Both the position numbers and the translations under genes were made by a program. Under the pieces are notes generated by a model. That model was not told the DNA's origin. It saw nothing but the letters and a program-made list of their open reading frames with translations, and did no database searches. Shown piece after piece: positions 39,860 to 52,204 of a DNA stretch of 64,000 nucleotides; the stretch's first letter is position 1, and each line of letters begins with the position of its first letter. The stretch is from Lophium mytilinum (lineage: Eukaryota): positions 2,604,001 to 2,668,000 of the forward strand of contig MU004181.1 of the NCBI GenBank assembly GCA_010093605.1. Reading direction: 5' to 3'.

Positions 39860-41900
39860 GGTACCATCGGTAGGCAATGCAGCTTGATCAAGAGTTGAAA
39901 GATATCTTCCAATCAAATAATACCCATTTCGCCAAATGTAGCGCCTTCGAGCGACAAGAACGTGACGTGGAGATGCTTGGCTGGCGCGAAGATGTGCGCT
40001 GTCTTTGCGCGGGAGTGAGCCACGTCTTGGGGACATGCAGGTGGAGGAAAGAGAGTTGATCTGACAGATGCTATTGGCTATGTGGTGATGCGCTGGAAAT
40101 GTGTGGCGTGTTTCACCTTCAAAGCGTGGCGCAAACTGGTGGATAGTGCGGGCCTGGACTCCAAAGGCATGGCTCCGGCCTCTCTCCAGCCGATCCCACG
40201 GCGCGGGCCCACCGGCTCCCATCCGGCTCCTTGGGATGCCCCTGGTAAGGCTGTTGCTTTCACGGACCCTGTCGAAATGAATAATCAAATTTCTATCCAG
40301 CCAATCAGCGTCCGGAACTCGATATTCCAAGAAGAATGAATCGCAAATGGGAATGCGGGAAAGACATGACAGCGTTGCCGACATCGCCGTCAGCTCGCCA
40401 GCAGAAAACCTTTTCTACGCAAGCGGAATCAATCTCCACCCTGGCTGAGGCCCTCACCCAGACTGATTCTTCACCCGAGCCCATCTTGATTTGGCATGCG
40501 AAGCCGTCCTTCAATCTGCATGATTGACAAACTCTAGTCCGTTCTACCCACGAACATATGCTGAAATTTGTCAAGAGGAGGCTTTAGCTGTACTACCATT
40601 CGCCGGGAAGTTCAGATAGAACCTCGGCGCATGCTCCTAAGAGATCTTTGAAAAAGGCCAGGCCATATTGGCCAAGTACGCCGAGCCAGCCAGTCTGTAA
40701 TCGAGTGAAGCACAACGAACGCCTAGAAGAAGAGGACTGAATCCAGTGTCCCGTGTTGAGACAGCGCGAGATTTGGGAGGTGACGGCCAATGCCGTCTTA
40801 GCTGGCGTCTGCAAACCTTTCCTGCCGTTCTCCAACGGGCTCCCCACAGTGAGCGCACAGTCTCCCTTTCGTGCATGGAGTGGATCATGTACATCGCAAA
40901 CTTTTCGGGGCCCGTCGTGGGTCAAAGAGTGCATGGTGATTTCGGGGTTGCCGGTAGTGATTAGACCTTGAACAGCGCCCGTCCAGTCCATCCATAGCCA
41001 GCTCGGAAGTTCAACAGACGTAAGACTGCCCGGAGTAAGCAACTTGTGACCCTTCTCTCTGAGTAGCCGAATCACGAAAGACACAACTCGAATACTGATC
41101 TTGGCATGCTGGCGATGAAGTCCTCTCTTTGCAGCTTGCTAGGAAATTTTGTAATGCCAACAAGGACGTTGACGATGCCGCTAGGAGGATCGCATGATGA
41201 GGTGTCCGAAATACCCATAGACTTCTTTGCATGCTTTGTTGACTGACCTAGATTGGGATTACTCTCACCGTATTCGTACCTTAGGCGTTGGCCCTCTTTG
41301 ATCTTCAGAGCAGAGCACGCTTAGGACTTCGCCTAGAAGAGAGCGTTGCTTGTGGGCTTAAGCATCAACACTATCTTCCGGGGCTCGCAACGTGTTGTTT
41401 GAAACAAGCGAGGATTATCGACTCAAACCATGACTTTGTCGCACGCCCGGCAGATGAAAATCTGAACACCATTCGATGGCCTTGTTTCTGGAATTACCCA
41501 TCCTCTCTTGTACCAAGACGTCTGTTTGAAGTAATGACCGAATTAGCTCTTTTAAGGCATAAGTATGGTCATGATGGCGATTATCTTCTGCTTCCGTCCG
41601 GTTTTGTGGGCAAATATCCCTTCCCCAACCCCTGTAGGGTTCAGCTGCTATATGAGGCCCAGGAAGGCTACTATCGGCATCTTTTTCAGAAGCTGCTGTG
41701 ATGATGAATGACGCTTGGCTGTATATGACTTCGATCATGCGAATCCGAGCCATCTTGTCCTCTTTGCTACCTTGCTGGGTGTATACATACACAAAGCGGT
41801 CTACCCATAGATAGCATTCAGCACAACGCTGTCTACCATTTCGAGTCTGATGTCGAGCAGGCAAGAGTACCCGGCGGATATGCGGTACGGCGCTTAAAAG
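39860..41900 (-). pseudogene. Degenerate HET-domain gene (frameshifts and stops; boundaries approximate)
   Basis: YLWVD...DKMARIRMIEVIYSQASFIITAA...LPG (from about 41813), SWYKRGW in a different frame (about 41498-41518), and LPSWLWMDWTG (about 40980-41010) appear in the order expected for HET proteins, with no continuous ORF. Confidence 0.75.
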
Positions 41901-42424
41901 TTGGTGTTGAGACGTGTAGGTACGACGCGGCGGGCGGAAAACTGAGGTCTCTTGCCACAGCTTCGCACCGCCACCGCTAATTAAGGAGGCAGGAACTATA
42001 ACCTTACCGCGCTAAGCCTATACGCGAATATAATATTAATAATATAGTACTATAAAGATTATACTAGTATAATATTTAAATAATATTAATATATATATTC
42101 TACTAGATATTTTTATTCTAGCCTATTCTATTAATATCTTATTAGAATATAGTATTATTTTTAAAATACTATAGTATTAGGTAAATAGAATTTTAGTAGT
42201 ATTTTATAGAAAATATATATTTTAATAGAAAACTATATTTAAGCTAAAACTATATTTTAGTAGAATACTATATTTAAAAATAGATATATTAAGATTACCT
42301 TAGGTATCTCTCTTTTACTCTCTTAGTAATACTATATCTTCTACTATACTAATACTAAGAAGCTAGATTCTACTTAATAATTTCTCTTTTAAAAAGTTTA
42401 CTCTAGACTAGTCTAATATCTATA

Positions 42425-42645
42425 TATTATAGCTATAATGCAACCCTTATTATAATATACTTCTATTATAAGTAATAGTATTATATAGCCTCTATTACAT
42501 GTTACTATTATATAACCTTACTTAGCGCTAGCCTTATCTACCTCTCGGCTAGTGCTCCGCGCCCTACTCTCTCTTCTTATAGCTACTTTATTATATACTT
42601 AATACTATCTAGTTTTCTATTATAATTCTATATTATACTATAATA
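42425..42645 (+). repeat. 5' LTR
   Basis: TAT...ATA termini (RIP product of TGT...ACA); 13 transitions relative to the 3' LTR by manual alignment. Confidence 0.95.
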
Positions 42646-43059
42646 TAAAGTAGCTACCCTTCTAGCTTCTAAAAGATATTAAAAGTACTCTTTACCTATC
42701 TATATATATACCGGCGCCCCTATAGCTACTAAAATTTAATTTCTATAACCTTTATTAATAAGAAACTAAAATAGAAGAAGACTCTATAACCTTAAAAGGC
42801 CCTATAACTTTATAGTAAGAATACTATACCCTATTATATATATAAACTAATGCGTAGGCCCTATAAATCTACTTACTATTACGCCCCTACCTATACGCGC
42901 ACGCGTAAACTAACTAAACTAAGTGCAGTTATTTACTAATTAACTCCGCCGCTAAAAATAGCCGCTAAGAAGCGCACTAGCTATATCTACTTACTAGCTT
43001 TTATAAAGGCCCTATAATCTTTCTACCTATATTAATCTTTTTCTCTATTCTACTACCTA

Positions 43060-45645
43060 GACTATTATCTACCTACTAGAATACTATCTACTATTACCTA
43101 ACTAGTAATAGTTAACTAGCGCAACCCTTTAATACTAGTACCTTCTTATTTAAGACCCTAGAACTATCTACCTATAATACTAAGTTATAGTAAATATACT
43201 ATAGCGCATTTAAAAGCTTTCTCTAGCGGCGTATATATTAATAAGAGTAGTAATACTAACCTTTACCCTAATATTAAGAGCTAGAATACTTAATCTATAC
43301 TAGCCTTAGACTCTTAGTATATATAATAAGAGACTTAATACGCTAAAGCCTTATATAAAAAGATAGATAAATTATCTTAATTTAGTATTAGTTCTACTCT
43401 AGAGTAGCTAGCCGCTTATAGTAAACTCTATACTACTCTAAAAGTTAGTACTATTAGACTAGGCGCAGCCGCAGTCTATAGCTGCCTCTAGCTAACTACT
43501 ATCCTCTAGTATAGTAAGCGCTCTCTTAACCTAGAGAATAAGAAGTTCTAAGTTACCTCTAATAAGAAAGATAATAAATACCTAGACTAGAAGCTTAATA
43601 AACTTAATAAGAAAGATAATACCTAATTCTAGTTAGCTATAGACCTCTAGAAAGTAGTCTACTTTACTTAAGGTAATCTTCTTAATATATAAAATAATAA
43701 TATTTCTACTAGCCTAGTTCTTCTATTTACTTAGAAAGCCTAGTGTACTAAGAAGCGCACTAATAATCTACCTCTATTAGTATAGAGCCCCTTTACTATA
43801 GCTATACTATTATAGCCTAACCTAGAATCCCCTATACTAGGCCTATTAATATACTATAACTCTAGCCGCTATAAGTTATACTTTACTATAATAGCTAAAG
43901 GTATTATATTCTATATTAACTATAATAGAGTTGCTAACGCTATTAATATTAACCTTAACTCTGCTAAAGCCTTTTATAATATAGTTTCTAAGTATTATAA
44001 GAATATATACTATAGAGTTGCTATATTTTAAAAGAACCTAGAAGAACTTTAAAAGAATATGCAAGCTAAAAATATAGAATTAAACGCTCTCTAGAACTAA
44101 GCTAAAGCTAATAACTCTAAGATTTTATACTTATAAGCTAAAGTTACTTAACTAAATAAAGATATTACGCGTCTTTAATTAGAGAATAAGAAGGCGTATA
44201 CTAAGTATACTTAATAGTTTATAACTAAATATAAAGCTTATAAAGCTAAAACTCTTCTTCTTACTAAAGTACGCTTAGTAAATAAAGCCCTTTAATAAGA
44301 CGTTACTATAGTATAATAGAATTTAGACTATCTATAAACCTAGCGTAATTACTTTAAAGAGCTTAGCCTTATCTATAAGCGGCAGTATACTAATTTAAAA
44401 GTAAACTAGATAGTAGTATTAGTGCCCGCCTAATTATATTACGCTGCCGCCGCTGCCGCAGGCAACCTTAACTATAACTTAGAAGATAATAATAACGCTA
44501 ATTATAATAACTTTACTATTATAGATAATAATACTATAACTTAGCTTATACGCCTGCAGCTCTATAGAGACTATAAGCCTAAGTTTTATAATCTCTAGAA
44601 ATTTACTAGTAAGAGTAATAAATACTAATACCTATTTTAGAAGAGCTACGCCTACGCTATCTTCTAATATAAGGGCCTAGCCTATCTAGATAAGTAGAGT
44701 AAAATAGAATATATTAAATTATACTATATTAATTACGCGGAAGCTACTATTTATAGCTATACCTAGTTTAAGAAGCCCTTACTAAATAAGAACTTTAAGA
44801 CTCTTAATAAAATGTTTACCTATATAGACCTATATTTTACTATCTTTAATAAGCCTACCTATATAGATAATATCCTCTATAGTAATAAGGTAAAAATAAA
44901 GGGCTATAAGTTATAGAATATATATATGCTACGTTTTAAAGAGATAACTAATATTAATAATAAGAACTAGATTTCTTTTGCCTCTAAGAAAGGATAGCTT
45001 AAGCGTCTGCTACGCCTAGATCTTAGCCGCTAAGTATTTAGCAGCGCTAATAGCTACTAAGATTAGCCTACGTTAGTTACTATAGTATTCTGCGCTAAAG
45101 CCTTCCTTTAGAATAATACTTAGCGTAATATAACTACCTAGCCCCCTTAATTATTTAGATTCTAAAACAGCTATAGTAATAACTACTTAAATAATTACTA
45201 ATTAAATAACTACTAGAACTAAGACCGCCGCCCTAAGCAGAGCTACGGATAATAGTTATCTATTCGCGATAATAAGAAGGACTAAAGTAACCGCCCTATT
45301 TACCTTCCTCTAGTAGTTATAATAGTACTATATACTAAAGGCTACTATTTCTACTATATTAAGAAGGGCTATTAAGCTAATAACTCTAAGCGCCTATGCG
45401 CTAATAAACCCCCTCTATTAAAGCGCAAGCTAACTAAATATCTATCTAAAGCTAATAACGGCCTTAAACTTAAGCTTTCCGCAATCTATTACGCGGATAA
45501 AGATAGTAATAACCTAATTTCTATTAATAGTAATAGAGAGAACCTCGCTATTATTACTTACGCTAATAAAACTTTATTATCTAGCGTTCTTAGTAATAGT
45601 AATAGAAATAGTAATAGTAATAGTAATAGGAAGGATTTTATATAG
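43060..45645 (+). pseudogene. gag: RIP-degraded gag (start approximate)
   Basis: Coiled-coil-like region near 44000-44400; degenerate Cys/His knuckle YFYYIKKGY (CFYCIKKGH before RIP) at about 45346-45372; frame ends ...KDFI*. Confidence 0.65.
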
Positions 45646-48600
45646 GCTCTAACTATAGTTATAGATAGAGCTATATAGAATTCTTTCTAAGTACTATTAT
45701 AGCCTATATCTAGAAGCTAGAATAGCTACCTCTAGAGCTAGATAAGATCTAGCTATCTATATGCTCTACTAACTTAATTTAGAATATTACTTATAGAAAA
45801 TAATTAAACTTTAAGTATAGAATCTAGACCCCTATAGGTATAACTAATAGCCGCTATCTTATAGATATAGGTTACTTATACTTTACCTTTATTTTATAAT
45901 TCTACGCTAAAGCTAATAAACTAATAATATTACCTCTAGCTACTTCTATTCTACTACGCTTAGCTAATAGTATACCTATAAAACTTATTACTTATAAAGC
46001 CTAGCTTATGCTATTCTTAGGTACCTATACTAAGAATATATAGTATTATATTACTAATCTTAAGGGCTATAATATTATCTTAGGTATACTATAGTTTAAG
46101 AAATATAAGCCTAATATTATATAGAGTAAATACGCACTTAACTTTAATAAGAACTTCTACTATAATTACTGCCTCTATACTAACGGATGCAGGCGCGTAT
46201 AGAGTAATAGAAATAATAGAGATATTACCTGCGTAGGAAAGCGCTTATATAATATAGCGTTACGCAATATCTTTAATAAATATTAGAAACTTAGCCTAGA
46301 ACTTAATAAGGCTAAAGATATAATAGCCGCCTACTAAAAGCTCTAATATAAAGAAAAGAAGAACTATATTATCTAACTTTAAAATAATAATTAGGAAAAG
46401 CTATAATAAATAGAGAATTATAAGCGCTGCTAACCTTAGCCTATAATTTAATAAAGCTTTACTCTAGAGATAGATCTAACTTTATATAGCCTATTTAAAC
46501 TTAATAATACTCTCTATAATATATAAACGGCTGCTTTTACCGCTAATATCTTTACTATTAACCCCTTTAACTATTATAAGTTCTTTAAAAAAATAAACCG
46601 CCCCCCTATTATAAATTAGAAAATTAAAGCCTTACTTTCTAACTAGCTCTATTATATAGCTAAGGCGTGGAACCCCTAAGAAGTAAATAAACTGCCGCCT
46701 TATAGGCTAATAAACTACGTAATTAATATCCTCCCTAGCTCTAAACTACCTACTTATAAGGTATATAGCCTCTTAAGAGACTAAGCCGCTATTATTAAAG
46801 CCTTTATTAATAAAATGCGCACTAAAGAATTTATCTACTCTAGCTTATTATTATATGCTGCACTAATACTTATTATTAAGAAACTAGAAGAAGAACTTTA
46901 AGTCTATATTAATTATTAAGGCCTTAATAAAATTAGTATTAAAAGTTATAATATACTACTACTTATTAAAGATACCCTTGCCTTATTAGCTAAAGCTAGG
47001 TACTATACTAAGCTTAATGTAATTAGCGCATTTAATATACTATAAATTAAGAAAGGCGATAAATATAAAATAGCCTTTCTTACCTATTAGAGGTTATTTA
47101 AGTTTATAGTACTTCCGTTTAGATTATATAATACACCTAGTTCCTTCTAGGCCTATATTAATAATACTTTATAGAAATACCTTAATAACTTCTATACTAT
47201 ATATATAGATAACGTTCTAATATATAGTAATATATTAGAAGAATATAAAGCGCATATTCTTATAATTATTACTAAGCTTTATAACGCTAGACTATTCCTT
47301 AATATCTATAAATATAAATTTACCGTTAATAAGGTTAAATATCTTAGTATACTTATTAGTGTTAACGGCGTTTAAATAGATCTAGTAAAGGTCTAAATAG
47401 TATTAGACTAGCTAACGCTATAAAACCTTAAAGATATTTAAGCTTTTCTTAGGTTCTATAACTTCTATTAATACTTTATTACTAATTATTCTACGTTTAT
47501 AGCCCCTCTAATAACGCTTATATTAGCTATTTAAAAAGGCTTTAAGTTTCTATAGCTAGATAATAGTAATAAAGCTAAGGCGTTCCATAATATTAAGGAA
47601 TGTTTTCGCGTAGCCCTATAGCTCGCACTATAGAACCCTAACTATAATACCTAGGTAGAATATAACTCTTTAGACTATACTATAGCTACTATACTCTTCT
47701 AAGTTTAACTAAATAGCACCCTTTATTCTATAGTATTTATATTATAATATATAACGCCGCAATAAATTAACTACGCTATCTATAATAAGGAGCTTCTTGC
47801 TATAGTCTTAGTATTTAAAGAATAGAGACTAGAGCTTGCTAGATAAAAATAAGAATATAATAGTCTAGTTAATATTATCTTAGATTATAAAAATCTTTAA
47901 ATATTTATAACCTCTAAACGCCTTAATTATTAATAAGCTAGATAGGCTAAGTTTCTTACTAAGTTTAACTTTAAGATTACCTATAAACTAGGTAAGCAGA
48001 ATAAGAAACTAGACCTACTAACTTAGTAACTAGGTAATAAGCCGGCCCTAGAAGATAATAGGTATAAGTATTAAGAGTAAGTTATACTAAAGCTATCTAA
48101 CTATAAGCTAGGGATGTATTACGCTATTAAACTAGTATATATCCTAACTAATACGTTTAAGTATAGTTCTATTAAACTAGCTAAACTAATATATAACCTT
48201 AGTAAATTTAATTACCTAGATAATAAAGTCTACTTAATAGTTACGCGTATATAACCTCCGCCCGCTATTCTAGATAAGCTAGATAATTTAGAACCGCGCG
48301 TTTACATAAGAGAATAACCTAAGAAATAGACCGCACTAGCTAATTAACCTATAGCTAGGCTAGATAAGCTAAATAACTCTATCCTAGTTCGCCGCCCACG
48401 AGGCCGCCCTAGGAAAATGCCTTAACTAGTAGCTAAGCTAGATAAGCTAAATAACTCTAGCCTAGTTCGCCCGCAAGAACGCCCTAAAAAGAATAAGATA
48501 CTACTAGTAGATAAGCTATATAATTCTACTACTAAGAAGCTGCCTATAGATAATAAGCTAAATAATTTATCTAAAGTAACTATTCTTACTAGTAATTAGA

Positions 48601-50230
48601 TTCTTTAACGGGTCTAAAAGTACTTAAAAGGTAACCCCGTTATTTAAGCTATTAAATATACTAAATACTAAAATTAGCGCTAATTACCTATATAATTCTA
48701 TTAAGACTATTATTTATAAATAGAGCTAGGTAACTATAAAGTTATTAATAATCTTCTCTACGTCCGTAAGCGGCTCTATATTCTAGATATTAAATAACTA
48801 TATACTTATATTATTTAATCTATATATAAACCTAAGCCTACTAGATATACTAGAATAACTTTAATCTATATATAACTCTATAAGTACTATTACTAGCCCT
48901 AAATAATATCCTCTATAGACTAGTATATTAGCGCCTATCTAGCTTATAAAAGATCTAAATACTCTTAAGAGGGTAAATAAAAACTGCTCCGTCCCCTGCC
49001 TATTCTAGACTAATATTAGTATTATATCTCTATTAACTTTATTACCCCCTTACTAATTTATAAGTAATAGGGACGTAAGCTTAAATATATTATAGTTATT
49101 ATTAATTAGTTTTTAAAGAAGAGAAAGTTTATAGCTATAGACTCTATAGAGGCTAAAGACGTTGCGTAGGCATTTATTAAATAGATCTAGTAAGAAGAAG
49201 AATACCTATATTCTATTATTTCTAACCGCGGACCTTAATTTATATTATATTTCTAGAAATAACTATATACTTAGGTAGAAATAAAGCTAAAGCTCTCTAC
49301 TACCTTCTACTCTAAAATAGATAGATAAATAGAAATTACTAATATAGCCCTTAAATAGTACTTATACGCGTATATTAATTATAAGTAGAATAACTAGGCT
49401 AACCTCTTACCTATTACTAAGTTTAAAGCTAATTTAGATAAGATAACTATAGGCGTTTCCCCCTTTATTACTATAAAAGAATATAATCTATATTCTAGTC
49501 TTAAGCTAGCTAATAACTCTATAGCTAAAGGACTATAGAAGGCCCTTAGAGAGAAGGCTAATGCGCTTACTAAGTAACTAAATAACCTCCGCCTCTTTCT
49601 CTATAATAAATTAATTTAGGTATAAGCTAGATAGAAAGAGTTTACTAACTATAAATAGAAACTAGCTATAGAGTTTAAAGTTAGTAACTAAGTTATATTA
49701 AATGCGCGTAATATTAAGACTTAGCGCCTAAATAAGTTACTAGACTATAAATAACTTAGTCTATTTAAAATTACTAAGGTTATTAATAATGCCGCTTACT
49801 AATTAGCCCTTCTATATACTATAAAGGGGGTGTTTAATATCTTCTATCTATAGCTACTCTATTATATTACTTATAAGCCGCTAGAAGAATAAGTCTAGAA
49901 GAAACTAGAACTAGTTAAAATTAATAAAGAAGGCTATAAGTAATAGAACGTTAATAAAATAGTTAACTTATATATTAATAATGCTATACTTAACCCAGCT
50001 ATAAACTAAAAGGGCCTGCTTTAGTATAAGATTCTCTATACTAGTTACCCTAAGTAGAATACTAATTCTTAATAGAAATTCTATACTAGTATTACTAACT
50101 ACTATAATATTATTATAGACTATTACTATACCTACCTAAAAGTAAAAGAACTTTATAAGTTCTTCTAGAAGCCTAAATATTAGAAACTACTACTTACTCT
50201 AATTATAATAACGCTCTATAGATAACGCGT
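45633..50230 (+). pseudogene. pol: RIP-degraded pol (PR-RT-RH-IN-chromodomain; end approximate)
   Basis: YNIILG (46068), YIDNVLIYS (47202, from YxDD), NYAIYNKELLAIV (47769) and SIISNRGP*F (49212) share one frame; LPFRLYNTPSSF*, LSLFKI (GPF/Y) and a chromodomain-like tail at about 49940-50100 are also present. Confidence 0.9.
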
Positions 50231-50527
50231 TCCCTACCTTACTAACTTAACTAGCACTGGCCGGCTAAGCTATTACTAATTTATATAAAATTAGACAACG
50301 CTATACTATATAGACTACGCAAATAAAGCTTAGTAATATATATAAGATTAACTATATTACTAACCTTATATCTAAGGCCTAGCGTATATCTATTATAACT
50401 CTTCTATATATATAATTATAAGATAATTTATTAAAAGAATTAACTAAAGAAGAACTACCTTATAGTAAGTATATATACTAAAATAGAAAGGCTGCATATA
50501 TATAGCTTTCTTTTTAGAGAGGGGTAG

Positions 50528-50748
50528 TATTATAGCTATAACGCGACCCTTATTATAATATACTTCTATTATAAGTAATAGTATTATATAGCCTTTATTA
50601 CATGTTACCGTTATATAACCTTACTTAGCGCTAGCCTTACCTACCTCTCGGCCGGCGCTCCGCGCCCTACTCTCTCTTCTTATAGCTACTTTATTATATA
50701 CTTAATACTATTTAGTTTTCTATTATAATCCCGTATTATACTATAATA
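50528..50748 (+). repeat. 3' LTR
   Basis: Follows the PPT; same length as the 5' LTR; followed by the TSD. Confidence 0.95.
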
Positions 50749-52204
50749 CTATAGTTCTATAGGCGGTAGGCTAGTATAAAGAAGGGGGGGTAGAGATAGA
50801 AATAAAGTACTTTAGTAGTACTAAAGTTTAAGCTTAGGTAATAGAAAAGATTATATACTTATATAAGCTAACTAGAAAATTATATTTATAGAGAAAATTA
50901 TATTTATAAAGAAAATTATATTATAGAAAATATTATATTTAAGGCTAAATACTATATTCTAATAATATAAAATTTATAGAATATTATTATTCTATTTTAT
51001 TAAACTTAAAATAGTTTTATCTTTTAATAGCCTATAGAGATAATATCTATATTATATTTATATAGCTATATAGCGCAGTAAGAAACTATACTAGAAAGTA
51101 ATAACTACCTATATTTTATCTATTCTTCTTATTCTAGCTTTAAAACTTAGTATTAGAAACTATATAAAGAGATAAGTAGGGGGACTATATATATAATAGA
51201 GAATAGTACTATCTCTATAGCTATTCTTACTACTATAGCTATATAGTAGAGTTTATATAGTATTCTTTAGCTTATATCTTACTATACTATATAGCTATAT
51301 AAATATAATATAGATATTATCTTTATAGACTATTAGAAAATAAAACTATTTTAAGTTTAATAAGATAGAATAATAATATTCTATAAATCTTATATTATTA
51401 AAATATAGTATTTAGCCTTAAATATAATATTTTTTATAATATAATTTTCTTTATAAATATAATTTTCTCTATAAATATAATTTTCTAGTTAGCTTATATA
51501 AGTATATAATCTTTTTTATTACCTAAGCTTAAACTTTAGTACTACTAGAGTACTCTACTTCTACCTCTATCCCCCCCCCTTTATGCTAGCCTACCGCCTA
51601 TAGAACTATAGATATTAGACTAGTCTAGAGTAAACTTTTTAAAAGAGAAATTATTAAGTAGAATTTAGCTTCTTAGTATTAGTATAATAGAAGATATAGT
51701 ATTACTAAAAGAGTAAAAAAGAAGTACCTAAAGTAATCTTAATATGCCTATTTTTAAATATAGTATTCTACTAAAATATAGTTTTAGCTTAAATATAGTT
51801 TTCTATTAAAATATATATTTTCTATAAAATACTACTAAAATTCTATTTACTTAATACTATAGCATCTTAAAAATAATACTATATTCTAATAAGATATTAA
51901 TAGAATAGGCTAGAATAAGAATGCCCGGTAGAATATGCATGTTAATATTATTTAAATATTGTGCTAGCATAATCTTTACAGCACCACGTTGTTAACATTA
52001 TATTCGCGTATGGGCTTAGCGCGGTAAGGTATGCCTAGAAACCAAGGTCGTTATCTAGGCATAGCTGCGCCTCAGCCTGATACCTATGTATTCGACAAAA
52101 TGTGCTGATCTCGCTGTCTTTCCGCAGGGTGATTATTCTCTGCAGCAAAGACCAGGTTTCTCGAGAACTAGGATCGAAGATTATCTTATTCCGCTCACTT
52201 TTCC

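Larger units (their letters stand above)
42425..50748 (+). mobile_element. Full-length RIP-inactivated Ty3/Gypsy LTR retrotransposon (chromovirus), 8324 bp, TSD CTATA
   Basis: 221-bp LTRs; CTATA at 42420-42424 and 50749-50753; PPT AGAGAGGGG at 50516-50524; RIP-altered PR, RT, RNase H, IN and chromodomain motifs in that order. Confidence 0.96.
42001..52030. mobile_element. RIP-mutated non-autonomous foldback/TIR element (1701 bp when empty): left arm 42001-42424 plus 50754-51083, spacer 51084-51276, right arm 51277-52030
   Basis: Termini ACCTTACCGCGCTAAGCC and GGCTTAGCGCGGTAAGGT; the arms align as reverse complements, 754 bp each once the nested retroelement and one TSD copy are removed; differences are mostly transitions. 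Confidence 0.92.

Noticed and set aside
42001..52030. AT-rich island as centromere, mitochondrial insert or foreign DNA
   Set aside because: Fully explained by two nested RIP-mutated transposons; TpA excess and retroelement motifs are present.
52030..52063. 10-bp-stem hairpin (TATGCCTAGA...TCTAGGCATA) abutting the right TIR
   Set aside because: A stem this short is expected by chance in 64 kb, and there is no counterpart at the left end.
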